From NCBI GenBank assembly GCA_030643485.1, contig DAOWLG010000038.1:1-58424 (forward strand): a stretch of 58,424 bases of DNA. The letters run 5' to 3'. Position numbers and translations under genes: made by a program. Below are positions 48,922 through 58,319 of this stretch, piece by piece (the stretch's first letter is position 1; each line of letters begins with the position of its first letter). The DNA comes from Candidatus Nealsonbacteria bacterium. Lineage in GTDB: Bacteria; Patescibacteriota; Minisyncoccia; Minisyncoccales; JAGMDC01. The notes beneath the pieces were generated by a model, which was given only the letters and a program-made list of their open reading frames with translations, did no database searches and had not been told where the DNA came from.

Positions 48922-50274
48922 ATGGTTTCAATAAATCAAATTATATCTTTATGTAAGCGGAGGGGGTTTATTTTTCCGTCATCGGAAATCTACGGCGGTT
49001 TTGGAAGCGGTTATGATTTTGGGCCGCTTGGCGTTGAAATGAAAAATAATATCAAGCGTGCCTGGTGTGACGAGATGACAAAAAAACAGAATTTACCAGT
49101 TGGCGAAATTGTTGGATTGGACGCCGGCATTTTAATGTCGCCAAAGATATGGCAGGCGTCAGGGCATCTTACAGCGGGATTTGCAGATGAACTTGTGGAA
49201 TGTAAAAAATGCCATAAGCGGTTTAAGATGGACGAATTAGATTCTTCGCCTACGGCTCAGAATGACAATGGGTTGAAATGTCCGGATTGCGACGGCGAAT
49301 TGACAAAACCGAAAAAATTTAATCTAATGATGAAAACATTTGTTGGTCCGGTGGAAGATGAAAGTTCCACCACATATTTAAGGCCTGAAACCTGTCAAGG
49401 AATTTATGTTAATTTTTTGAATGTTATGGAAACAATGCGGCTCAAAATTCCTTTTGGCATTGCACAAATAGGCAAAGCGTTCAGAAACGAGATAACTCCC
49501 AAAGATTTTATTTTTCGCACACGCGAATTTGAGCAAATGGAAATGCAATGGTTCTGCGAGCCATCAAAAGCCAATGAGTGGTTTGAGTATTGGAAAGAAC
49601 AGCGATTGAATTGGTACGCTGATTTAGGGCTTAAAAAAGAAAATATCAGGACTATTGAAGTGCCGAAGCAAGACAGAGCGCATTACGCTCAAAGGCAAAT
49701 AGATATTGAATACAAGTTTCCGTTTGGATGGAAAGAGATTGAAGGAATCCATAATCGCGGCGATTATGATTTGTCCAACCATAGCAAACATAGCGGCAAG
49801 GAATTAAATTATCTTGATGAGCAATCCGGCAAAAAATATATTCCTCATATTATTGAAACATCAGTGGGCGTGGAAAGAATTTTATTTGCTTTTTTATGCG
49901 ACGCTTATACCGAGATAAAAGGCGCGCGAACCAAAACTACCCAAGCGGTAAAAGAAACCGAAATGGTCTTAAAGTTAGATAAACAACTGGCGCCGATTAA
50001 AGCGGCAGTTCTACCATTGGTTAAAAATAAACCGGAATTAGTTAAAAAAGCAAAACAGATCTATCAATTATTAAAGCCGCGACTTGCCTGCCAATATGAC
50101 GAAACCGGCTCTATCGGCAGACGTTACCGCAGGCAGGACGAAATCGGTACAATTACGGCAATTACTATTGACTTTGATACTTTGAAAGATAACACGGTAA
50201 CAACCCGGGACCGCGACACAATGAAACAAAAACGAGTAAAAATTAACGACCTCAGGGAAGTGATTGGGGTCTAA
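48922..50274 (+). CDS. glyQS: Glycyl-tRNA synthetase (alpha2 type)
   Basis: RRGFIFPSSEIYGG, YLRPETCQGIYVNF, FRNEITPKDFIFRTREFEQMEMQWF, ETSVGVERI. Confidence 0.95.
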   Translation: MVSINQIISLCKRRGFIFPSSEIYGGFGSGYDFGPLGVEMKNNIKRAWCDEMTKKQNLPVGEIVGLDAGILMSPKIWQASGHLTAGFADELVECKKCHKRFKMDELDSSPTAQNDNGLKCPDCDGELTKPKKFNLMMKTFVGPVEDESSTTYLRPETCQGIYVNFLNVMETMRLKIPFGIAQIGKAFRNEITPKDFIFRTREFEQMEMQWFCEPSKANEWFEYWKEQRLNWYADLGLKKENIRTIEVPKQDRAHYAQRQIDIEYKFPFGWKEIEGIHNRGDYDLSNHSKHSGKELNYLDEQSGKKYIPHIIETSVGVERILFAFLCDAYTEIKGARTKTTQAVKETEMVLKLDKQLAPIKAAVLPLVKNKPELVKKAKQIYQLLKPRLACQYDETGSIGRRYRRQDEIGTITAITIDFDTLKDNTVTTRDRDTMKQKRVKINDLREVIGV

Positions 50275-50291
50275 CCCCAATCACTTCCCTG
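50253..50291 (+). terminator. 17-bp perfect hairpin straddling the glyQS stop codon
   Basis: CAGGGAAGTGATTGGGG-TCTAA-CCCCAATCACTTCCCTG. The 5' arm encodes the last residues REVIGV. No clear T-run follows. Confidence 0.45.
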
Positions 50292-50300
50292 TATTTGCTT

Positions 50301-51803
50301 ATGAAAAAACTTTTAGCGCAACACTCTTTGCTTTTGGAAAAACTCCATCAAATCGCGCGAAAAAACGATTGTTATTTAATTGCGCGGATACAGGAACAAA
50401 AGACAAAATTTGTAAATGTTCTGGATGATAAAATTGAAATGGTGAGAAAAGACCGAATTAAAGGAATAGGAATGCGGGTTTTTACTAAAAGCGGACACAA
50501 TGCTTTTAGTTCAACAGACAATATCTATGATGAAAAAGAAATTATCAATCTTTTGAAACAAACCATTTCTGCGGCAAAAAGCGCGCAAAAATCAAAATTT
50601 GCCAAAAATCAAGAAATTTTTAAATTAAAAACAATTAAAGATTTTGTCGTCCCAAAAACAAAATACGCTTTTGAGGATATCAAATTAACAAAAATTAAAA
50701 AAATATTGGTTGATATAAATAAAAAAGCAAAAAAGATGCTGCCTGTGAAAGCAAATAGTTCATTTAATATAACAGAGGAAATATGGAGGATAACACGGTC
50801 TGATGGAACAGATATAAGTTTCAAAATCCCGCGCAGCGTTCTGTCCTGCATTTTAACTTACAAAGAAAATGCACAAACCATTCAAAGAAGCGCAGGGATT
50901 GGAGGTAAAAGCTATGAGATATTATTAGATAAAAATCTGTTAAAAAAATTAGAGAAAGGGATTAAGGCATTATCCATTGAAATGCCTAAATCAATTAAAG
51001 CGCCTGTGTATAAATCCGGAAGTTATGATTTATTATTGGATGTAGATTTAGCAGGCGTCCTAGTCCACGAAGCATTTGGCCATTGTGCTGAATCCGACTA
51101 TGCTTACATGAGTTCTATTTTAAGTAAAAATAAAAAATTACTAAAAGGCAAAAAAGTAGCTAGTTCTGTGGTCTCTATTTATGATTTTGCTAACGAAAAT
51201 GAACGGGGCTTTTATCCTTATGATTCCCAAGGTGTAAAAAGAAAGAAAATAACCATTGTGTCTCAAGGAATTTTGAAACAATCTATTTCTGATATTTATA
51301 CTGCCAAAAAAATTGGAGCGCCTCTTACCGGCGGCTCAAAAGCGCAATTTTATAGTTCTATCCCCGTGCCGCGAATGAGTAATACGATTTTAGAAGTGGA
51401 AAATGTGATAAATGACAAATTATTTTTTAAAGATTCAGTTGATATTTCCGCGCAGGACCTCCAAAAATTTTTAGTTGAATTCGGTTTTTTCAAAAAAAGA
51501 AAAAAAATAATTTATTTGCAGGGAGATAGAGGAGGGCAAGTTAGCATTCTCAAAGGAACATTTATGCTCGGCGCGAATAATCTTTATGAAATAACTCGGA
51601 ATTCGGTTAAGCTATTTAAACCATGTCCATTTAGCGGAACAACTTTAGATGCGTTAAAATCTATAAAATTTGCTTTAGGGAAAGTAACTACTGGAAGAAT
51701 TGGCACTTGCGGTAAGGCAGAACAGCTTGCCCCAGTTTCTAACAGCGCAAATAAATTTGTTTTCATTGCCGCAAATAAAAATGTCAAAATCGGCGGCAAT
51801 TAA
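50301..51803 (+). CDS. tldD: TldD-family metalloprotease
   Basis: HEAFGH zinc motif in LVHEAFGHCAESD. Paired with a PmbA-like gene. Confidence 0.85.
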   Translation: MKKLLAQHSLLLEKLHQIARKNDCYLIARIQEQKTKFVNVLDDKIEMVRKDRIKGIGMRVFTKSGHNAFSSTDNIYDEKEIINLLKQTISAAKSAQKSKFAKNQEIFKLKTIKDFVVPKTKYAFEDIKLTKIKKILVDINKKAKKMLPVKANSSFNITEEIWRITRSDGTDISFKIPRSVLSCILTYKENAQTIQRSAGIGGKSYEILLDKNLLKKLEKGIKALSIEMPKSIKAPVYKSGSYDLLLDVDLAGVLVHEAFGHCAESDYAYMSSILSKNKKLLKGKKVASSVVSIYDFANENERGFYPYDSQGVKRKKITIVSQGILKQSISDIYTAKKIGAPLTGGSKAQFYSSIPVPRMSNTILEVENVINDKLFFKDSVDISAQDLQKFLVEFGFFKKRKKIIYLQGDRGGQVSILKGTFMLGANNLYEITRNSVKLFKPCPFSGTTLDALKSIKFALGKVTTGRIGTCGKAEQLAPVSNSANKFVFIAANKNVKIGGN

Positions 51804-51806
51804 ATT

Positions 51807-53126
51807 ATGTTTGCTCAAAAATTTCATAAAAAATTTGAAAACGCGAAAAAGAAAAAGATAATTTCAAATTATCGGATTTCTATTTCGCAAACAAAGAATT
51901 ATAGAATAGGAATTATCAACGAAGAAATAGCAGGAGTGTATAATCCTATTACTCTTTCTTCGGAAATTTCCGGCGATTGCCTTGTTGAATGGAAAAATAA
52001 ATTGATTAGCGCGGCAAACTTAAATAATGAGACCCTGCGCCATTTTGAAAAATTCTTACAAGACCTGAAATCTTTACAATATAAAGATACGGCTATGGCA
52101 AATTTTTTTCCTCCTCAAACATATCCTGATGTCAAATTATATGATGAAAAAGTGGTTGATATTATTGAAGGCAAAGAAAAAATTCTATTAGATCTTGTAT
52201 TAAAATTAAAAAAATGGCAAAATAAAGTAAAGACAAAAGTAAAAGAAATCGGCGCTTTTGCTATGTGCGCGGAAAATGCGATTTTTACATCCAAGGGATT
52301 GTCTGAATCAGAAAAATCAACAGTTTGTGGTTATTATTCTTCTTATGAAGAAAAAATTACTTTGGAAGATAATTTGAGAAAAATTCCCGAGCAAGAGATA
52401 ATCAATAAAAAAAGAATATTTATTGAACAATTTTATTCTCGTCTGGCAAAAAACCGTAAAATAAAGCCAAAAGATAAAAAAATGTCGGTTCTCCTGATGC
52501 CCTGGGTTTCCGAAGACATATTTTCCCATTTTATCATAAGTAATTTAGACGGTTCCGCGGTTCACAATAAACAAAGTTGTTTTTCTTCAACTGATTTCAA
52601 AAACAAAAAACAAATTTTAAGAAAGGATTTAAGTTTGAAATGCGACCCTACTATTGATTTTAACATCGGTTCTTACAAATTTTCAGGAGAAGGAGTTGCT
52701 AGTCAGATGACTGATTTTATAAAAAATGGCAGATTAGAAACACCAATTTTAGACCTAAAATACGCTAAACTGCTAAAAAGCAAGCCAACCGCGATTTTTA
52801 GCAGCCAATCCACACCTATATTAACGCCAAAACACGCTTTGCTAAAAATCACTTTTCAGGAATGCCTTAATATAATGGAACAAGGAATTATCGTTTTTAA
52901 CATTTTGGGATTACATACTCAAAGTTCTGTTAGCGGTGATTACTCCCTGCCTTGTCCGCAGGCATTATATGTAAAAAATAGCAAGATTTTAGGCAGCACA
53001 AGAGCGATAATTACCGGCAATCTCTTTGATGACATAAACCAGACAAATTTTCAGTTAATAGATTTTGCCACGGAAAAATTCCCAGGGTTTTTAATAAAAA
53101 CAAATGTAAGTTTTGAATCGATCTAA
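51807..53126 (+). CDS. pmbA: PmbA/TldE-family protein
   Basis: Size, position immediately after tldD, and a C-terminal G..F.L.....S.SGDYS.P pattern. Lacks the HExxxH motif, as expected for TldE. Confidence 0.65.
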   Translation: MFAQKFHKKFENAKKKKIISNYRISISQTKNYRIGIINEEIAGVYNPITLSSEISGDCLVEWKNKLISAANLNNETLRHFEKFLQDLKSLQYKDTAMANFFPPQTYPDVKLYDEKVVDIIEGKEKILLDLVLKLKKWQNKVKTKVKEIGAFAMCAENAIFTSKGLSESEKSTVCGYYSSYEEKITLEDNLRKIPEQEIINKKRIFIEQFYSRLAKNRKIKPKDKKMSVLLMPWVSEDIFSHFIISNLDGSAVHNKQSCFSSTDFKNKKQILRKDLSLKCDPTIDFNIGSYKFSGEGVASQMTDFIKNGRLETPILDLKYAKLLKSKPTAIFSSQSTPILTPKHALLKITFQECLNIMEQGIIVFNILGLHTQSSVSGDYSLPCPQALYVKNSKILGSTRAIITGNLFDDINQTNFQLIDFATEKFPGFLIKTNVSFESI

Positions 53127-53131
53127 AAATT

Positions 53132-54175
53132 ATGAACAATGAAAAAATTTTAGATATTTCTTGGGCAACAATCTTGAAAATTGTTGTTGCCGCATTTGGT
53201 ATTTATTTTCTATATATGATTAGCGACTTTTTGGTCTGGCTTGCTTTTGCTTTTGTTATATCTATTCTGTTTGAGCCCGCGATTGAATGGTTAGGAAGAA
53301 GGAAAATACCTCGGCTTTTGTCTGTAATTTTTATTTATGTTTTAATTTTCAGTGCGTTCAGCACTGCCCTTTATTTGTCTCTGCCGTATCTTATTTCGGA
53401 AATTCAGTATTTTTCTGAAATTTTTCCGCAGCAATTTCCGGAATTTTTTGGAAAAATTTCTCCTTTTTTTGAAAAACTCGGCTTTGAAGCGTTTAATAGT
53501 TTAGACGCGCTTTTGGGAAAATTCCAGATAGATTTAGAAAAAATGACCGGCAATATCTTTAGCTCCTTTTTTGTTATTTTTGGCGGAATTTTTAGCACGC
53601 TTTTTACTATCACTATTTCTATTTTTCTTTCCATAGAAAGAAAATCTGTTGAAAAGGGCTTAACCCTTCTCTTTCCAAAAAAATATGAAGAATACTTGTT
53701 GTCAGCGTGGATAAGGTCGCAAAAAAAAGTTATTGGCTGGTTTTTACTGCGAATTATCGGAATGATATTCGTGGGAATAAGTTCTTATATCGCGCTTTTA
53801 CTTTTAGACGTAGAATACCCAATTTCTTTGGGTGTGATTGCCGGTGTTTTTGATTTCCTTCCCATTATTGGACCATTTTTCGCCGCGATTATCGCTTTTA
53901 TAGTTGTAGCAATGGATGATATGCTTAAAGCGGTCTTTTTAGTAATTGCGTTTGGATTAATTCAGGCGATTGAAAACGCTATTCTCTTGCCAGCACTTTC
54001 TAGAAAAATGATACAGGTCTCCCCTATTGTTGTTTTACTTGCCCTGTTTATCGGCGGAAAATTTTGGGGCGTTTTAGGCGCAATTATGGCAGTACCATTA
54101 GCCGCAATCTTGCTGGATTTCCTAAAGGACTTTTTAGAAAAACGAAAAAATGAAGGAGATGATGAAAATCCGTAA
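53132..54175 (+). CDS. AI-2E family (PerM/UPF0118) transporter
   Basis: About 8 TM segments. Conserved C-terminal FDFLPIIGPF...GGKFWGVLGAIMAVPLAA pattern. Confidence 0.8.
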   Translation: MNNEKILDISWATILKIVVAAFGIYFLYMISDFLVWLAFAFVISILFEPAIEWLGRRKIPRLLSVIFIYVLIFSAFSTALYLSLPYLISEIQYFSEIFPQQFPEFFGKISPFFEKLGFEAFNSLDALLGKFQIDLEKMTGNIFSSFFVIFGGIFSTLFTITISIFLSIERKSVEKGLTLLFPKKYEEYLLSAWIRSQKKVIGWFLLRIIGMIFVGISSYIALLLLDVEYPISLGVIAGVFDFLPIIGPFFAAIIAFIVVAMDDMLKAVFLVIAFGLIQAIENAILLPALSRKMIQVSPIVVLLALFIGGKFWGVLGAIMAVPLAAILLDFLKDFLEKRKNEGDDENP

Positions 54176-54178
54176 AAC

Positions 54179-55723
54179 ATGAAAAAATTTTATATTACTA
54201 CAACTCTGCCCTATGTCAATGCTATTCCGCATATTGGTTTTGCATTAGAAATTATTCAGGCAGATGTGATAGCTCGTTATCGCCGTGAAAAAGGCGATGA
54301 TGTATTTTTTAATACTGGCACTGACGAACACGGCTTAAAAATTTATCGCCAAGCCCTGAAAGAAAAAAAAGACCCGCAAAAGTATTGTAATGAATATGCG
54401 GCTAAATTTGATAATTTGAAAAAGGCATTAAATTTAAGTTATGATAATTTTATTCGCACAACTGATAAAAATCATATCAAAGCAGCGCAGGAATTTTGGC
54501 AAAGGTGCGAGGCAAATAAAGACATCTATAAAAAAAAATATAAAATAAAGTATTGCGTAGGTTGTGAATTAGAAAAAACAGAATCAGAATTACAAAACGG
54601 GAAATGTCCTTTGCATCCGAATTTAGATTTAGAAATCATTGAAGAAGAAAATTATTTTTTTCGTTATTCAAAATATCAAGACAAACTTCTGAAACTGTAT
54701 GAAAAAAATCCAGATTTTGTTTTACCAATTTCCCGACTGAATGAAATTAAAAAATTTACTAAACGCGGCTTAAAAGATTTTAGTATTTCTCGATTATCAG
54801 AAAAAATGCCTTGGGGCGTGCCAGTGCCGAACGATGAAAATCATGTAATGTATTGTTGGTTTGACGCTTTAATCAATTACATTTCTTGTCTTGGCTGGCC
54901 AAAAAATTTAGAAAAATTTGAGCAATATTGGCCGGGAATTCAATCGGCTGGCAAAGATAATTTGCGCCAGCAATCATCAATGTGGCAGGCAATGCTAATG
55001 TCAGCTGGATTGCCAAATTCAAAACAGATTTTAATTCACGGCTTTATTACTTCTAATGGTAAAAAAATGTCAAAGTCATTAGGAAATGTAGTGAACCCGT
55101 TTGAACTGGTTGAAAAATACGGCGCTGACGCAGTTCGTTATTTTCTTTTGCGGGAAATTCCTCCATTTGAAGACGGCGACTACACGCAAGAAAAATTTGA
55201 GCAACGATACAATTCTGATTTGGCAAAAGGGCTTGGAAACCTCACCGCAAGAGTGATAACTCTTGCTAAAATCATCAATAATCAATCATCAGTTATTAGT
55301 AATCAATTATCAGTAATCAATAAAGTTCCAGATTCCAATTTTCAAAAAGAGATAAAGAAAACTTGGAAAAATTATGAAAAATCTTTGGGCAAATTCAAAT
55401 TCAACGAATCGTTAGAGGAAATCTGGAAACTAATCAGTTTTTGCGACCGGTATATTGAAAAAGAACGGCCATGGGAAAAAGCGACAGCGGTGAAAAATAA
55501 TCAATCATTAGTTATCAGTGATTTATTATTAACATTGGCAAGCATAGCTGAAATGTTAAGACCGTTTATGCCGAAAACATCGGAAAAAATTTTCCAACAA
55601 TTAGGGATAAAACCATTAAAAATTTCACCCTTAACCCCACCCTTAACTTCACCCTTAACTCTATCCTTTCAATCTTTGAAATTTAAGGTCAAGAAAAGCA
55701 AACCGCTTTTCCCCAGAATTTAA
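54179..55723 (+). CDS. metG: Methionyl-tRNA synthetase
   Basis: [17 protein letters not shown] (HIGH region), KMSKSLGN, C-terminal PLFPRI. Confidence 0.95.
   Translation: MKKFYITTTLPYVNAIPHIGFALEIIQADVIARYRREKGDDVFFNTGTDEHGLKIYRQALKEKKDPQKYCNEYAAKFDNLKKALNLSYDNFIRTTDKNHIKAAQEFWQRCEANKDIYKKKYKIKYCVGCELEKTESELQNGKCPLHPNLDLEIIEEENYFFRYSKYQDKLLKLYEKNPDFVLPISRLNEIKKFTKRGLKDFSISRLSEKMPWGVPVPNDENHVMYCWFDALINYISCLGWPKNLEKFEQYWPGIQSAGKDNLRQQSSMWQAMLMSAGLPNSKQILIHGFITSNGKKMSKSLGNVVNPFELVEKYGADAVRYFLLREIPPFEDGDYTQEKFEQRYNSDLAKGLGNLTARVITLAKIINNQSSVISNQLSVINKVPDSNFQKEIKKTWKNYEKSLGKFKFNESLEEIWKLISFCDRYIEKERPWEKATAVKNNQSLVISDLLLTLASIAEMLRPFMPKTSEKIFQQLGIKPLKISPLTPPLTSPLTLSFQSLKFKVKKSKPLFPRI
55271..55345. 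repeat. Fragment of the AT-rich palindromic element embedded in frame in metG
   Basis: AATCAATTATCA and ATTCCAATTTTCAAA are shared with the left arm of the element at 19581-19711. Encodes [25 protein letters not shown] second short relative lies at 55494-55525. Confidence 0.7.
55626..55659. repeat. 12-nt tandem repeat x3 (CACCCTTAAC core) in the metG 3' region
   Basis: Cores at 55626, 55638 and 55650, encoding [12 protein letters not shown]. Confidence 0.8.
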
Positions 55724-55738
55724 TGAATTACAATATAA

Positions 55739-55772
55739 AGAAGTCGGACTTCCCGCTGGAAGTCCGACTTCT
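55739..55772 (+). terminator. 15-bp hairpin downstream of metG
   Basis: AGAAGTCGGACTTCC-CGCT-GGAAGTCCGACTTCT. Weak T-run. Confidence 0.5.
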
Positions 55773-55785
55773 AAAAATTTAGATT

Positions 55786-56607
55786 ATGTTATTTGACACT
55801 CACGCGCATCTTAATTTTGCCGCTTTTAGTAAAAACAGAGACAAAATCATAAAAAATTGCCAGAAAAATAATGTCTGGTTAATAAATGTTGGCATAAATT
55901 ATGAGACATCAAGAAAAGCAGTAGAGATTGCGGAAGAAAGTTCTCAAGGCATATACGCCGCAATCGGACTTCACCCACAAGAAATTTTAGAAGAAAGGTT
56001 TGACTTTGAAAAATATAAGAACCTTGCCATAAGTTCTAAAAAAGTTAAGGCAATCGGCGAGATTGGCTTGGATTATTGGCACAAACCAAAAACCAAAAGC
56101 AAATTAGCCGAGTTTAAGCAGAAACAAAAAGAATTGCTTTTGCAAGAAATCAAATTAGCCCATGAATTAAATCTGCCCATAATCTTCCACTGCCGAATGG
56201 CGCACGACGACCTTATTGAGCTTTTGACGAGACCCGTTCTCGTCCGCGCGCGGACGAGAACGGGTCTCGTCCCGCTCACCCTTAATGGCGTTATCCATTG
56301 TTTCACCGGAACCTGGCAGCAAGCGCAGAAATTTTTGGCTCTGGGATTTTATTTAGGATTTAATGGAATTATTTTCAAAAAAATTAAGGGAATTTCATTT
56401 AATGAAGTCATTAAAAAAACTCCATTGTCTCGGATTTTAATAGAAACCGACTGCCCGTTCCTTACCCCGCCGCAAGAAGGCGATAAAAGAAACGAGCCAA
56501 TTTTTGTAAAACACATTGTTCAAAAAATTGCTGAAATCAAAAATATCTCTTTTGAAAAAATAGCAAAAGTCACGACTCAAAACGCCAAAAAACTATTCCA
56601 CATCTAA
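55786..56607 (+). CDS. tatD: TatD-family metal-dependent hydrolase/DNase
   Basis: FDTHAHL, GEIGLDY, IFHCRMAH, IHCFTG, ETDCPFL. Confidence 0.9.
   Translation: MLFDTHAHLNFAAFSKNRDKIIKNCQKNNVWLINVGINYETSRKAVEIAEESSQGIYAAIGLHPQEILEERFDFEKYKNLAISSKKVKAIGEIGLDYWHKPKTKSKLAEFKQKQKELLLQEIKLAHELNLPIIFHCRMAHDDLIELLTRPVLVRARTRTGLVPLTLNGVIHCFTGTWQQAQKFLALGFYLGFNGIIFKKIKGISFNEVIKKTPLSRILIETDCPFLTPPQEGDKRNEPIFVKHIVQKIAEIKNISFEKIAKVTTQNAKKLFHI
56226..56271. repeat. Perfect 21-bp-arm palindrome inside the tatD coding sequence
   Basis: GACGAGACCCGTTCTCGTCCG-CGCG-CGGACGAGAACGGGTCTCGTC encodes TRPVLVRARTRTGLV. It lies between the HCR and HCFTG motifs. Confidence 0.9.
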
Positions 56608-56680
56608 ATATTCATATTAAAACAAGACATTCTCGAGCAACGGTCGTTGCTTTAGAATGTTACCTTTTAATTTCTTGCGA

Positions 56681-56703
56681 ATGGCGATGTCGGACATCGC
56701 CAT
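56681..56703. repeat. ATGGCGATGTC-G-GACATCGCCAT palindrome
   Basis: 11-bp arms. The core GATGTCGGACATC is shared with the GTAGATGTC family. Confidence 0.85.
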
Positions 56704-56717
56704 TTATTATTATTCAA

Positions 56718-56753
56718 GACCCGTTCTCGTCCGAGCACGGACGAGAACGGGTC
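56718..56753. repeat. Intergenic twin of the tatD palindrome
   Basis: GACCCGTTCTCGTCCG-AGCA-CGGACGAGAACGGGTC, followed by TCGTCC as in the coding copy. Confidence 0.9.
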
Positions 56754-56763
56754 TCGTCCGGCT

Positions 56764-57594
56764 TTATTTCAACGCGATGCCGTGACGGACGGCGCCTTCG
56801 GCATAGTGCTTTTGGATTTCCGCGGTGCTCAACGCTGTGTCATAAATCCTGACCTCGTCGATTGTGCCGTTGAAGTAATATGCGCCCAATCTTCCTATAT
56901 TAGTATCTAAGCCTGTACTACCCATTCCATCAAAAGCTGAATTTGTATTCGTTCCTACTAATTCACCATTCACATAACCTTTTGCTGTCCAATCACCCGT
57001 ATATTTTCTATAAACCCCAACAATATGTATCCAGTTGTTATTCCATTCGCTTTGCCATGCGTAAACAAGTGATGCAATATCTGTTCCATCATTAGCATAA
57101 AACAAAAGATTTCCATCCTGAGCAGGAGCATAGATTAACCAGCCAAAATTTCTACTGGCTATTGGATTTCTCTTCGCTTGGTCAGTAGTTTTCACCCACG
57201 CCTCAATCGTAATCGCATCAGTGATATTCAAACTCGGTGAATCGGGAATTTCAACATAATCATTATCACCATCAAATACTAACGTATTTCCATAAATTCC
57301 ATCAGTAGTCCAGCCAGAACTAGGAATAGGAGGGGCGCTAAAATTCTTTAATTCTCCATCATTCCCAAATCCGGATTCATCAAAAGCCGTAATTCCTGAA
57401 CCTTTTTCAAATCTCCATATCCCAACTGCTTCAGAACCCAATGCGTGCTGAACACTGGAACTAAATTGTTTAGCTTTTGCCATTCTTGCTTTTTCTCCAT
57501 ATCCTTTCATTGAAACCAAAACAATACTGGATATTAATCCAATGATGGAGATAACTACAAGAAGCTCAATAAGGGTGAATGATTTATTTTTCAT
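56764..57594 (-). CDS. Type IV pilin-like protein with a LamG/ConA-like lectin domain
   Basis: MKNKS|FTLIELLVVISIIGLI (Ser, not Gly, at -1). LVFDGDNDYVEIPDSPSL...WIHIVGVY...FNGTIDEVRIY. Start set to ATG 57594. Confidence 0.8.
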   Translation of the reverse strand: MKNKSFTLIELLVVISIIGLISSIVLVSMKGYGEKARMAKAKQFSSSVQHALGSEAVGIWRFEKGSGITAFDESGFGNDGELKNFSAPPIPSSGWTTDGIYGNTLVFDGDNDYVEIPDSPSLNITDAITIEAWVKTTDQAKRNPIASRNFGWLIYAPAQDGNLLFYANDGTDIASLVYAWQSEWNNNWIHIVGVYRKYTGDWTAKGYVNGELVGTNTNSAFDGMGSTGLDTNIGRLGAYYFNGTIDEVRIYDTALSTAEIQKHYAEGAVRHGIALK

Positions 57595-57656
57595 TATTCT
57601 ATTATACACCTATTGCGAAAAAACACAAAAATATTCTCATTCCTAATTCACAATTC

Positions 57657-57690
57657 CCTATTGTCTTATTCGTGCGAATAAGACAATAGG
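57657..57690. repeat. Perfect 16-2-16 palindrome upstream of the ArsR-like gene
   Basis: CCTATTGTCTTATTCG-TG-CGAATAAGACAATAGG. Confidence 0.9.
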
Positions 57691-57714
57691 AAAGATAGGT
57701 GTTTTATTATTTTT

Positions 57715-57742
57715 TTGAACAATTTCTAAAATGTGCTATAAT
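57715..57742 (+). promoter_or_regulatory. Promoter of the ArsR-like gene (extended -10)
   Basis: TTGAAC (57715-57720), 16-nt spacer, TGC-TATAAT (-10 at 57737-57742). A 29-nt block is identical to 28591-28619. Confidence 0.45.
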
Positions 57743-57764
57743 GAAAATGTTGTTGAGCGCAAAA

Positions 57765-58070
57765 ATGAAAATTATTATGACCACATCTTTATCATCTTTT
57801 AATTCAAGAGAGTTAGCTATGATTTACAAATCATTAGGAAATATCCGTCGAATTTTAATATTGATATATCTTTTAAAGCAGAAAGAATTAACAGTTGGTC
57901 AAATTAGTGAACTTTTAAAGCTTTCTTTCAAAAGTGTTTCTAAACATCTTTTAATTTTAGAAAATGCTGAAATAATTAAGAAAAGACAAATTGGTTTGAA
58001 TATGCTTTATTCAATTAATAAAAATTTTCCAAGATCTATTTTGTTCTTTTTGAAAAAATTGTCATATTGA
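57765..58070 (+). CDS. ArsR/SmtB-family winged-HTH regulator (start uncertain: 57747, 57765 or 57777)
   Basis: YKSLGNIRRILILIYLLKQKELTVGQISELLKLSFKSVSKHLLILENAEIIKKRQIG. Confidence 0.7.
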   Translation: MKIIMTTSLSSFNSRELAMIYKSLGNIRRILILIYLLKQKELTVGQISELLKLSFKSVSKHLLILENAEIIKKRQIGLNMLYSINKNFPRSILFFLKKLSY

Positions 58071-58102
58071 AAAAATTATCATAAAAAAATTTCAAAGAAT
58101 TT

Positions 58103-58136
58103 CCTATTGTCTTATTCGCACGAATAAGACAATAGG
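58103..58136. repeat. Inverted copy of the 16-2-16 palindrome downstream of the ArsR-like gene
   Basis: CCTATTGTCTTATTCG-CA-CGAATAAGACAATAGG. The loop is CA rather than TG, so this is the exact reverse complement of 57657-57690. Confidence 0.9.
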
Positions 58137-58223
58137 AAATGTGAATGTCTGGAATCTACATTTTTGCACGATCCCTCCCCTGTGTGCAGGGGCGAGGTTT
58201 TCGGTCGTTTCGCTCCCTCAAAG

Positions 58224-58260
58224 TTATCCACAGTTGCGTTTCTTGATAAAGTGGTATAAT
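58224..58260 (+). promoter_or_regulatory. Consensus DnaA box fused to a promoter-like element
   Basis: TTATCCACA (58224-58232), TTGCGT (58234-58239), TGG-TATAAT (-10 at 58255-58260; about 15-nt spacer). Confidence 0.35.
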
Positions 58261-58319
58261 AGAAAAATCGTATTATAGTTTTTTTAAGGCGCAAATAAGA
58301 GGAGATAAAAAACGGAAAA

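Noticed and set aside
49245-49272. In-frame GCTCGCAATGAC-repeat fragment in glyQS (TTCGCCTACGGCTCAGAATGACAATGGG)
   Set aside because: It shows only about 85% similarity over about 19 nt to the repeat unit, which could be chance. I mention it in a finding but do not annotate it as a feature.
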